From the NCBI GenBank assembly GCA_965637545.1, contig OZ281495.1, positions 12,214,001-12,278,000 on the forward strand: a DNA stretch of 64,000 nucleotides. Reading direction: 5' to 3'. Origin of the DNA: Phallusia mammillata (lineage: Eukaryota). This document shows positions 47,956 through 59,894 of this stretch, piece after piece. A model generated the notes under the pieces. It had not been told where the DNA came from and made no database searches. It saw only the letters and a program-made list of their open reading frames with translations. Within the stretch, counting starts at the first letter, position 1; every line of letters begins with the position of its first letter. A program made the position numbers and the translations under genes.

Positions 47956-50900
47956 ATGCCTGTGTGTGCGGGTTATAATTGTCACAAGCGGATTCAGAAG
48001 GGGACTTCCCTGTTTAAGTTTCCTAAACATACTGGTCTATGCAAGAAGTGGCTTGAATGTCTTGGAAGAAAGGATTTGTTTGACTTTTCTTATGAGGATT
48101 TGAAAAATGGTGGATTTAGAGTGTGTCAAAAACATTTTCATGTATCAGATGTCTACAAAAAAGTGAGCACATAAAATATTTCAATATTTTTGGTTATGTG
48201 TATTGTGAATCACGGTTGCAGGGTCAGAATCCAATATCTTGGGTCCTTCTTAAAGCAGTAAAACTTTGACTCTTCGCTTATGGTGAGAAAAAAGTCTGTG
48301 GAGTTTTTCGGCATGCACAGCTGTTGTTAATTTTACCCTTCAAACCTGACTCATAGGTTTAAGGAATCTGAATTGGACTCAGTCAGCATCCTAGCATTCA
48401 TAGTAGTCAGAGTCTAACCTTATACTTTCTGACCCTGTAACCCTGGTAGGAATGTGTATGTAATTATAGTACTGTACCTAGATATTGCAATTTAGATGTT
48501 TTAAAGGAGTCCCAAATTTCAGTATTTTCGCTCATGTTTATTAAGTACAAAAGTGTACATATATAATTAACAGTATTAAAAAATTATATACAGTGTTATT
48601 TGTAAGCGTTTGTTTCACGAAAAACATTTGACTTTTTTATGCCTTTATAAGTGATATATATATATATATATATATAGATACATACATATGATGCATGTTA
48701 TGCAATATATATTTGAAGGGTTCAAAAACATTTTTGAAGAAGTCGGCTCTGCCCACAGTGCAGCAGTATTGCAGTCCAAATGATATTCTAAAAGAGTCGC
48801 CATTCAGTTATTTTACTGAAGAAGGTAAAAATAAAATGTTTTTGAGAACCTGCAATTTTTTTACAACACCTTACTTTTATTGGTTTGTGCTCATATGTGT
48901 GACATGTATGCCACTGTTTGCCTCAATTACAGGAGACAAACCAATCATTGAACCACGGAAAAAGAAACTACAGTGCAATGTTCCATTGGTGCTTAATGTA
49001 AAGGACATTCCTACAGATTCCATTCAGGTATATGACAGCTGCTTAATGGCAAAATAATCAAAAAGGCACTATTTAATGTTCATGTCAGAATAACTTGTGT
49101 GTTTACTGTATTACTTTTCGCATACTTTTGATTTTCTGCAACAAATATGTGTGTACAAAACATAGTTTTATGCAGGGAATCCAGATGTGCTTCTAAACAT
49201 CAAAATTTTAGCAAAGTTGAAAACAGTGTTTTCTCCCCCATGTGTAAGGGTGAAGAGCTAGCTGAATCATAGTCCAGTTTTGTCATCTGTGTTGTCTCTT
49301 TGCAGGTAGATGACTCTCCATTAGAGGACATTACTGTGATTTATTACTGTAGCATTCCTATGTGTAGTAACAATTCCCAGCAACAACCACACTTGAAATT
49401 TCACACCCTTCCAGCATACAAAAGCACAAGCAACATTCCCCCAGGGGTAAACCCCCTCGTGGTTGTGTGGAAAAAGTTTCTCAATACCATTCTTTCCTTA
49501 TGGGGCATGCAGGACCAAATGCTGAGGGTATATATGTGTAATTTTTTTTATCAAAACTCTAACATGTGTCTCTTGATTTCTAATTTACTACACTACCTGC
49601 GATGAGGTATTGATGTTATTTCCTTGTTACTTGTGTTGCCAAAACATACTAATGATGTTTGGTCCAGATACAAACTCATTTTACATGTGATACAGACAAC
49701 TGAATCTACTATGACTATATTTGCATCTTTTAAACCAATTGAAATCACTAACTACAAATTATCTTGTTTCACCCCAAATCGATAAAAACATCATCAGTTT
49801 TATCTGTGTAAATGTTGGTTGGATTAAGCTGTAGCGGATGAAATCAATAATTTGTAAATTTGACAGCTGTAAGTGTTACAAAGGTACTGTGCAAAATATT
49901 GAACCTCATACTGTGAGTTTTCACAGAACAAACAACTGCAATAATCTCCTGTAGAACAAACTTGTTTTAAAACAAGTAGCACTATCTAAATAACGAAAAT
50001 ACAGAAATATTTTGCTTAGTTTTGTCAACATGAATAATAGGCAGTGGCTTGAAGTACCAAAATCCATAGGGCAAATTGGGTGAAAGAATTTTGGTTTTAT
50101 ATATGTGATGAATTGGTTATATAAGTTTAAGGTACCACTGAAATAAGATCAGGGCTTTTGTATAATTTTGATTTTATTTGTGCCATACCTTGTTATTCTG
50201 TGCAAGCAACTGTACATGACTATTAAAAAAATTTGTGACTAATTGTTTTATTTTTCTTTAAATTTTCCATTTTTTTTTCAGTAGTCCAAGTTTCCATTAT
50301 TTTGTCATGTGTAAGTGTCAATGTGACCTGGGCATACAAAGTGTTTCTTGCTTTGGGAAACTCAATTTATTTATCCTAGTTTTAACAAACCTTCGACAAA
50401 TGTTGATGTGTTGAAGAGTTTATAGACAAAATGTTGGTTATTTTGCTTTACAGAATCAGACATGCTTAAGAATTTGCTCCATCCATTTTAAAGCAGAGGA
50501 TTTTATAATTCCCCCTACCAAGGGTGTTTCTGGAACAAAAGTTATTCTTAAAGCAACATCATTTCCATCCGTAGATCCTCTTTTTGAAAGCTACCTGACT
50601 GCTCAAAAAAAGTAAGCGGCAATGTTTGGTTTGGCAAACATTTGTTACATCCTGCTTGAGACTGATACACTACATTAGTGGTTTTGAGGGATGTGCTTTG
50701 TTATTTTTATCAAAATTTATGGTGAACTGTAGGGATGAGCCAAAACTGGAAATGTTCTATTCGGTTGAACGCTGAGCAGCCCACTTTTAATGCTCAGTGT
50801 AGGGTAATTATACAAACACTCTCAATTCAACGATAGTTTTGTAGCTTTCAAAGGTCCTTACATCACCAGAAGTGTTTTAAGCAGTACAGATCCCTGAATA

Positions 50901-53248
50901 CATGTTTTTCGACCATCTTTTAAAAAAATGTATTTTTTTGTTCTTGGATACCCAATCGGGGCATGAATATGCAAGTTGAATGCTCGTGTCAGTTTGTACA
51001 ACTGCTCGGCCGAGCACCGAGCATTAAAAACAGCGACACCCAGTACAAGTACTTGGGTTCTGTATCGGCTTGGCCCTTCTCGTAAACTATTTATATGCAA
51101 GTTATCTATAAAATTATTTATTATTGCTGGTGGTGTTTTTGTGTCAAAATTTATGATAAATTGTTTCAAAATTAATAACTAAAGTTGCCTATGCATTCCT
51201 AGATTCCACACTAAATCATTATTTTGTTTTTAAACAACAGGTTGCAAGAGGATGAGCCCGATACAACACTATCTGACCCAACCAAAATACAAAAATTTAA
51301 TGGTGGAACCACTAGCACCAACACAATAGTTTTGAATAGCTCTCAAAAACCAGCATTAGTAAGTTTTAAGCTAACTTTTGTATGTAAAACATTTGTTTTT
51401 TTGATTTGTATTTTCTACACAATGTTTAGTGTACAAAGTTAGTTATAATGTTGCAAACAACATTTTTTCATTGAATTTTTGTAAGAAACTGAGTTAATTA
51501 CTTACATTTTATCTTATTCACTGCAGGTAACAACAATCAACACACCCTCGATTAGTAGTGAAAAATCTACTCCAATTATCAACCTTTCACCCTCAACTGC
51601 AATTCAACAGCCTATTGCGTTAGGCACTGCCTTACAGTGTGCTGATGGCTCTCTCAAAATGCCCATCAGTCGTCTGCCCAATCAGAAACCACCCAAGACA
51701 TCTTACTACCTCCTACCAGTCATTTGTACAAAGCAGGAGACCACACAAAAAATGCTGCTTATCCCAACAGCAAACTCCGGTACATCAGGAAGTACACAGC
51801 CTATTTCAAGTATCAAAGTAGGAGAAAAACAGGTAGTGAGGAAAAAACCTGCCATCATTAGAAGTGGAGGAACAACTGCTGGTAAAAAAACAACTAAGCA
51901 GACATTGAAAACAATAAAAATTTTGAAACCCATGAACCAAAACAAAAAAAGTATTGTAAAGACAGCTGGTACAGCAAGTTTGGCAGTTGCCACAAACCCC
52001 AGAAAGCTAAACCATACCGCTAAGCCTGTTACCACATCAGCAGCCCCTACAGCATCCTCAAAACTAGTTGGCAACCAATCAAACAAACCTAGCCTGAGAC
52101 CTATTTTAGCCAAACCCAAGCTAGCTCCCAAAACAGGTACTTTTCTAAACCTGAATGACTTTGCCTCGTCAAACAGTCTCTCCAACATCAATCTCAAAAT
52201 TCATGGATCTACGATAAACATAAACCCATCTACAACAAAGCAAGACCAGACAACCAAGCAACCAACTGCGAGTACTCAGTTAATTGTGTCATCAGGCGCA
52301 AATCCCACAGTAACACTATCCAATGTTCAAAGCGACCCTTTTCCTTCTATACACGCTGCTGAAATTGGACCACTTTCAGTGTTGGAGAAACAGATCAAAA
52401 TCGAGGAGAATATAGTCGACCCTGCTTTGCAGCCGTTCTTGCTTTCCACATCTAGAAATGAGACAGAGAAACAAGACACGTTTGTTGCAAACTTCCTGAC
52501 CGATGGAGTGAAAAGACCGTCTGTGACTGATGCAGCAGATTTGCCTGTAAAGCGAATCAAAATGGAAGTAGAACAAGACGATGTATTACTTGATGTGACC
52601 ACAATTCCAAAAGAATCAAATTTAGATACTAAAACAGAAGATCTTAATGAAGATAAAGAAAACGCACTGTTGGTAACAGACAACGGGCCTTATGCGATGA
52701 CCGACGGACAACCAAGATGCGGGCGCAAGCCACCTATGGATCATCCCTGGGATGACTCCCTACTGGAACATGTCACTTACGGTTTAAGCAAAGGACAACC
52801 AAAACTAACAGATGCAATTTCTGAAGAAGATCTTCCCCTTGACAACGGTGCAGTGCCACAAAGTCGTTTTTGTCAGTACTGTAGCGCCGATGTGTTCCAA
52901 ACAAAATCGTCGGGGGGATTTACAAACCACGAGGCCGGGCACACTCCTACTACTACATACTATTGTAATATTTGTTCGGATTCGTTTCCTTCTGCTCTAC
53001 AACTCCATGCCCACACGGGCACTCACTCAGCCGATGGTCGTATTATGTGCCTGCACTGCGACTCCACCTTTGATGATTTTGTTGAACTCGTGGAACACAG
53101 TGATAATCACATTGATGACCTGCCTTTGCAATGTCCGTTATGTTATAGCAGTTTTTACAACAAGTCTGGTGTAGAATGTCATCTTCGACAACACATCGAA
53201 AAATCTTTTATGCCATCAGTGGCTGTTGTTAACGTGGAAATTAGCTAG
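47956..53248 (+). CDS. Two THAP domains plus four C-terminal C2H2 zinc fingers, 7 coding exons, 875 aa
   Basis: Exons 47956-48162, 48719-48824, 48933-49027, 49306-49527, 50454-50611, 51241-51358, 51527-53248; GT-AG and phase-consistent, 2628 nt. THAP1: MPVCAGYNC...FKFP...KKWL...VCQKHF...ALPT. THAP2: YCSIPMCS...FHTLP...VWKK...ICSIHF...FPSV. Long S/T/K/P-rich linker, then CQYC..H..H, CNIC..H..H, CLHC..H..H, CPLC..H..H. Upstream acceptor at 47908 implies a non-coding 5' exon. Confidence 0.85.
48654..48676. repeat. (AT)n microsatellite
   Basis: Uninterrupted AT dinucleotide run in intron 1 of the THAP gene CDS. Confidence 0.9.
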
Positions 53249-53570
53249 TCCTTGGAGTATGTGGCGTAGTGTTTGAATAATTGTGCCTGGTTGTGACAAG
53301 TGTATTTGAGTGTTGCCGTTCTTTTACAGTGAACATTTCTTCTTTGCTTTTGTGCCTTTTTCGTAAATTTGTTGACAAACGGGGCCAGGCAGCTGTTCTT
53401 GACGTCCACCCACCGTCAGACTCGGAAAAAAGGATGCAAGGTTCAACTGTATTACCATGAAAGCCTTTTTAGCCTCGCACTGTACGATCATTACAGGGCC
53501 TTAATACAGCGTTTTGCAAACTCCAAAGCGCTATAGACCTGGTGTAGCTATTCGTTAATTTGCGCCCTTC

Positions 53571-53576
53571 AATAAA
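53571..53576 (+). terminator. Candidate polyadenylation signal of the THAP/C2H2 gene
   Basis: AATAAA about 320 nt after the stop codon. Confidence 0.5.
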
Positions 53577-54968
53577 AGAGTGACGGTTCGGTGCATGAAA
53601 ATATATTACTACTCATCAGGCACGTGAATATGTTTTGCGGCGACATGTGGTTGTTTGCATGGTTGTAAAGTCGGAAAGTAAAAGGTCCGACTATTTAACT
53701 CTTTTTTCCCGTTTAGTCTATAACGTTGTTCTGGTTAAGTTCAGTGGATCTTAACCTTTTGCAGTAGTTTCCCACTAAAGTCGATCACCAAGTTTAAATT
53801 TACCTCTCAGTCATCTTACGATTTTTTGTGCTGTGCGTACCCCTAACGACCTTTTCTATCAAAAATATTAAACTTTGTGATTAAATAGTCAGATTCATTA
53901 CCTAACCTTGGCCTTTATGTACCTAATTGCCCACTGGTTCATAAGGTTAAAATACACTATTTACAAGCGAGAACGTTACACTAAAATTGTTTATGAAAGA
54001 AAAAAAAGTCTAAACCAGAGTGACGTCCTTACCATAATTAGTCGCTTTTAAAATTTTCGGGTATGCAACCCTTGTTGTATTGCCACAGTTGCGGCCAGTT
54101 GGTATGGCGGAGGTCAGTGACAACGGCATTGTGGTTTTTGTCCAACTTATGTACTGTTGCTGCTCGGTCTGGTTGCAAATAACTTGCAGAACAGCACTAT
54201 GTTGAGGTGCGGTATTTGCCCAATTCTCCTCTTGTTGTACCCATTACTGCCATAAAATCACTGAAAAAAGTGGTTAAGGTTACCTACAATGATTTGCGTT
54301 GTCAATAGATTATCCCGATAAGTCGGTGTTAAATTTATGGCAACTGGATTCGCGTTCCCTTTGAACCGGTACAGTTTTGGGACATATATTGGATTTTGTT
54401 GACGCATTTCTTTTCAACATTATTTATGTAATGCCATTTCGTGCTTAGCCCACAAAAATTAATTTCAAAGTAAATGATAAAATAGTATGCAAAAACAACC
54501 AGGTTAATGAAATTTACAGCATTGAATTTTTTTCAACAAGGTCACATCGTCTTGAATAGTGTAGGGTAGTAATAGTATGGTTACTGATGTTTTTAGGCAT
54601 CTTTATCTTTTAAATGTGTAACTTATAAAACACGTAGTTAGGGTGCGGTCGTAAAATGTTTTGTGTTCTTTTTGACTTCCTAAAGTGTGTGCGGGAATTA
54701 AACAGGTGCACCAGCAACATGTCAACATATACTACATCATCCCATTGCTAGAAACGTTTTTTGGTCCTCATACTTTACATAAGATAAGTCCACACATCTG
54801 GGTGTATCCAAACGAAAATCGAAGAGTTTTCGGAGCTTGGGATTTGAATCAAAACCTCAACTTTTTGGTTGGACACGCTACTGTATTATGGTTCCTTGGT
54901 AAATCAAAACCCGGCCCCAGCAGAAAAGCTCATACGTGACTGTTTTCAAAATATTGTGTACTGTAGGC

Positions 54969-55183
54969 CAGGGTTCGGCAACCTTTTTTGCACCGCGGAC
55001 CATTTTTGAAAGTGAAATTTTATCGCGGACCGGTCTTCAAAAAACTAAATGTTTAGCAATAAAAACGCTTAAATTAGTTTATTATCCCTGGGATACATGG
55101 GCAAAATGTTTTATATCAATTAACCTGAAAAATTATACGGCCCGGTAAAGAACTCCTCGCGGACCGGCGGTTGCCGACCACTG
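54969..55183. mobile_element. hAT MITE (element A of an abutting pair)
   Basis: TIR CAGGGTTCGGCAACC / GGTTGCCGACCACTG, CGCGGACC subterminal repeats; TSD CTGTAGGC / CTGTATGC (7/8). Confidence 0.8.
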
Positions 55184-55190
55184 CTGTATG

Positions 55191-55452
55191 CATGGGCGCC
55201 GCCACGTAGGGGCAAGAGGGGGCACTTGCCCCCCACCCTTGGAATTTCAGTGTACCTCAATTTAACATATTTAGCAGCAAACCTCATCAAAGTGGCAGCG
55301 CGGGGATTTGTGACATCGTTCAATGCTTTAACTTTTAGGCAACTCAATTGTGAAGTATACGATTTATGGCTTGATATGTAACAAATTCTTGATGCGGTAA
55401 AGTATCAGCTAAAATTTGCCGCCTCTTGCAAAATTTTCTGTCGGCGCCCATG
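55191..55452. mobile_element. hAT-type MITE (element B of an abutting pair)
   Basis: TIR CATGGGCGCCG / CGGCGCCCATG; TSD GCTGTATG / GCTGTAGG (7/8). Confidence 0.8.
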
Positions 55453-56014
55453 GCTGTAGGCTATCTGACAAAACGACCTTGCAATTGTTTACAATCTTCC
55501 CTTGTGTGTTAGAAGCAAATGTAAATTTAATTCAAAATTCGTTTACCATGCAACTGATTGAGGCTAGTACACAGACCTTCTCATTGGCCCTCCAGAGACA
55601 TGTGTTTACAGTTTTGTCTCATTGCAATCAAGTATTTGCATGAAATAGACATACTAGAAACGATTCACCTGTTGCATGCAAAAACTGATGCTGTATATAA
55701 GTTAACAATGCTGACATTAGTTTTGTAAACTTTGGTTTGTTTTGACAAGTCGAAATATTATAGGCCTTAGAAATCAATGATGAGAAAATCACTACCGTTT
55801 CCGATTGGACTGCTCGGAGCGTTTCTACTCGCTGATGGAATTTTAGGTTTGCTTGTTTAAGAAAACTTTGATTTGAGCGCATTGTTATGTACAAAATACC
55901 TGAAGCAATTATCGTGACAAAACTTAAAATCGTCTGGGCTTGTGTGTTTTTTGATTGGCCGTAAACAATAACATTTTTGCAAATTTATCCGATTATATCT
56001 GCTATTTTTTAGGG

Positions 56015-58441
56015 ATGAGGTTGGACTCTTCTCCTGAACGTCACAAAATAGTTAAAAGGATTGTGGGTGAGCAAACAAACCTTTTTGATTACATGCCAAC
56101 TGTCCATTTAACATAATGCCACCTTTGCGACCTGTAGCAGTACCAAACGGTTTACTTATCCTCCAAATACAAACCGCACAACCGTTGAATCTGGTTGACT
56201 ACCCAGTTATGGGCTAAGCTAACTTTACAATCAAAAAAATGCCTTCGGACGAACTTCTTAGGTGTTTATGCCCATACCTTTGCGTTATAAATGTACTATT
56301 TGTTTGCTGCTGTTTGACAGGTGGTAATGAGACTACGCCGGGAAAATGGCCTTGGATTGCATTTATTTACTACGACGCAAACCCAGCAGTAAACACAAGT
56401 TATGGTATTTGTGGAGGAAGCCTTTTAACACGTCAGTGGGTGCTTTCTGCATCTCATTGTTTTTTGTAAGTTATCTGTATAACTTACCTTTATACTTTAG
56501 ATTTAGAATGTCTAAAAATCGCACCTTTTTTACGCTACAGGCAACGAACTCCGGCAAGTTACACAGTTGTTTTGGGATTGTTTGATCGTTCAAACCTTAC
56601 TGGACGAGAGCAATTTTTCAACATTTCAAGGGTGGTTGTGCATCCAAACTTTCAAAATGAGACTTACAACTATGACGTTGTTCTGCTGAAGGTTGTCACC
56701 TCAAAAGAATTCAAATGTCCTTTTTAAACCGGTTATTTTTAGCATGGCCTCCTTAAAAGTTTGTCAGGCTAATTTGTTTTGCATAATAGGCTATGTAAGT
56801 TATAGCCCAATGCCTTTTTCATTTTTAAATATCAAGGAACGTTTTAATATGTTTTTGGCTAAGATCGTTATTGCATTAAATTTGAATTTTAAATTTAGCT
56901 CGACCGCCCAGCTGTGCTAAGCCCTGAGGTGACAACAATTAATATGGTTCCACCCGGAACAACCACTGACGTGTTTGGGTCACCTGACGATTTTTCCGGA
57001 ACAGACAAAGAATGCTACACAGCGGGCTGGGGTCAAACTTGTAAGATAGCCCTTATTATTTTAAACATTTAAAGATACGACGCTGTACTTTGAGATAAAG
57101 TTAAGTCATGCCGGGTTTGGGATTAGGTCTCATAAAAAGACGTACTTGATTCGGGCCTGAATTTACAGTCTGTGTCAGTATTTTTTTCAAATAAATTTAA
57201 CCAGCTAAGTGGCCAGTTGCTGGACCTGACCTACATACAGCCCTAAAACGCCTTGTTTAAGACCAATGGTCAATTATTGTCTATTGTGTTTGTTGTGTTG
57301 GTCTTTCCTAAGGGTTCAATGTATAGGGCTGTCAAAACATTCAGGCCTAAACGGGCTTCTCAAAAATGATTCGGGTTCGAGCCGGATTCGGGCTTTCGGA
57401 CATGGGAGGGATTCGAGCTGTAGTTTTCGGCCCGCTTACAAACCTGCTTTGTGAAATACTTGTTAGAGTATGTGAACGTCCAAATTCGTTTTTTTTTGTT
57501 TTGCCAAAGTAAAAAAAAACAGCAATGCTTTTGAACAGCAAACAATTATTCTGTTATTAGTAGTTATGTGTAAATGTTGTCTTCGTCGCTCTACGCACAG
57601 TTCATATCTTTTACAAAAAGACTAAAATCTTATTTTCTAGGCTAATGTGCAAAAGCCAACCTTAATTACCAACGTTTTTGCAGCTAGTCCTATGGGTCCA
57701 ACCGCGGACCGAGTTAAAGAACTGAAACTGAATATTTTCCCCCGTACATACTGCACAATTATAAGTTTGCAATATGGAAGTGGAATTCTGAAAGTTGAAG
57801 ACTCTCAACCGAAGTTTTGTGCCGGTCGTGTTGGACAAGACACTTGCGACGTATGTATACGATATAATTGATTTTCACAAATGTTCGACATGAATGTTTA
57901 TTCGTCTCCTATATTGTAAAATGAATGCGCGATGACTTTAATTTGCAGTGATTTTTTTTTTATCACAGGGAGATAGCGGTGGTCCTGTAATTTGCAAACA
58001 TAAAGACTCAAGGTTTTATCTCCACGGAGTGACTTCGTACGGACCCACCGAATGTGCACGTGGATATCCAGGAGTATATGTAAAGGTATCTGTCCTAATA
58101 AGTTGCTATAGTTACATTTTGCGTAGTTTATATAGTTTGGTTAGCGGAAGTTTTTCGCGGCAAATACACCGACACAAACAGATGTAAAAAACACATAACG
58201 TTTACTCTCCAACGTTGCGGTGAAATTCTGATGTTTTGTCACCAGTAGTTCTTTTTTAGCAAAGTTATGTCACCTTTTCTGCTCTCGGACATTAGCAAAT
58301 GCCCTTAACCTATAGTAACCGTAATTAGCAGTGTTACCAGAAAAACTGCATTTTGTCGTGTAATTGACATTTGATTGTATTGTGTTTTTTAAACAGGTTG
58401 GCGGCGTGGCAAGTTGGATCAATCAACAACTTTACTGCTGA
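56015..58441 (+). CDS. Trypsin-like serine protease (peptidase S1A); 5' signal-peptide exon not located
   Basis: Exons 56013-56066 ([18 protein letters not shown]), 56321-56465, 56541-56691, 56899-57040, 57684-57850, 57969-58085, 58397-58441; phase-consistent. KR-IVGG activation site; catalytic His (LSASHC), Asp (YNYDVVLLK), Ser (GDSGGP); Asp189 (QDTC), Gly216 and Gly226 predict trypsin-like specificity. Confidence 0.9.
57105..57446. mobile_element. Degenerate relative of the 60202-60644 hAT element, in protease intron 4
   Basis: 57240-57446 aligns by eye with 60420-60644 (CTAAAACG...ATTGTGTTTGTTG...GGCCTAAACGGGCTTC...TTCGGGTTCG...GCCCGCTT(A/G)CAA). Left boundary is uncertain. Confidence 0.6.
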
Positions 58442-58532
58442 AGTCTACATATGTAAGGAATGGCATCACTTCCATCGAGATATGCTCGCACCTATTTAAA
58501 TGGCGTAGCTGAAATATTGTTATTCAGAAATT

Positions 58533-58538
58533 AATAAA
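58533..58538 (+). terminator. Candidate polyadenylation signal of the protease gene
   Basis: AATAAA about 90 nt after the stop codon. Confidence 0.55.
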
Positions 58539-59297
58539 CTGTATTGCTTACGTGAATTTCTGATCTGTGGTATTTACAATTGTTATGGAGATTTTTTGCA
58601 AGTTTGTTTGTAATATCTCGATTTTTACCCAACCCAGACACCGAGAGATTTTGGTTTATCAAAGCAAATTCGCGTGTTATAGTTTAAACTTAATTTCGTG
58701 TACGCACTCCTCCCTACACAAAAAAACTCAGTAGAGCCAAGTTTAATATGCACCACACCGCACAATATTTGGCGTCACATTGCAATGTTATGTTGCAATT
58801 TAAACCGGACTTTATAGACATCTGTTTATGTTTCATATACACAAGCTTCCCTAAGAAGGTCATTTGCATGTTGGTTTAGGAATGACAACAATGTTTTTAT
58901 CTTAATGGTGTCCTACGCGCAGTACATTATACTTGGTCGTGCAGCCGGAAAGACTCAACTACAAAAATTCGCCCATTGACAGACACTTTGATCTAAGCGG
59001 GCTAATTCTAACCTAACTAACCCTAACCCAGTCTCACTGTTATTTTAAATATCTGCGCTCTTTGCATCAGTTATGAGTATTTATCTTTTTTTACTGTGAG
59101 TTCTTACGTTAGTAGCTCTTATAAAAAAACGCATAATATACATTATTATGAACCATATGAAGTGGTTCAAGGCAAACATTATAAACAGACTATTATTTCC
59201 TGGTGCTTGACCGACAAACTATGCACAAAACAAAAACAAACGTATTCATTCCTCGCCAATACGTATAAGTTATATTTGCTTGATAATTACGGGAAAC

Positions 59298-59791
59298 TAG
59301 AGATGTACCGAATATTCGGTTTGCCGAATTTATTCGACCGAATCGGCCACTTTTGCCAAGATTCGGTTTCGGCCGAATAATTTGTTGCGATTCGGCCGAA
59401 ACCGAATCTTTTATGAACACACATTTGAAGCGTTAAGCGTGTCTTTCCTGCTTAGTACCAACGAAAATCCTGTCAGTTATTATATTTTTTACCACATTAT
59501 CGTTTTCCCCACTGCAGACAACTAAATAGTAATTCATTGCCGGGTTGAAAAGTTTGCTTAAGGCAATATTAAACCCCACAGAACTGAAATAAGGACGAAA
59601 CACAACCATTCTGCACTAATTGCCTGGTAGATAAACTTATGTTTTCATGTCAAACGCGTACCGTACGACTTCGCGTGACGTCATAAATGATTCGGTTGAT
59701 TCGGCCGAAAAATTCGGTTGATTCGGCCGGCAAAACCGCCGAATATTCGGTTTCGGCCGAATCGAAATTTCGCCGATTCGGTACATCACTA
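59298..59791. mobile_element. hAT-like MITE with palindromic TTCGGCCGAA subterminal repeats
   Basis: TIR TAGAGATGTACCGAAT / ATTCGGTACATCACTA; clusters of TTCGGCCGAA/TTCGG at both ends. No TSD could be recognised. Confidence 0.7.
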
Positions 59792-59894
59792 GTTATAACA
59801 AATGTAGAAAAGCCTTTCGTACCATGAGAGAAAAATATTAGGCCAAAAACTTGTTTCAATACTTTACTTGAAAACAAATAAGGTTTTAGGTGAT

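Noticed and set aside
51706-52683. Minus-strand ORFs of 163, 118 and 66 aa
   Set aside because: Antisense shadows of the long last exon of the THAP/C2H2 gene.
53600-53620. Other CTGANGA matches (53614 minus, 42273 minus, 7811, 7914, 19028 plus) as possible hammerheads
   Set aside because: None has a paired stem II followed by GAAA and a stem III.
53595-56013. Operon-like arrangement of the tandem gene pairs
   Set aside because: Gaps of 2.4 kb or more containing transposons and separate poly(A) signals; tunicate operons typically have little or no intergenic DNA.
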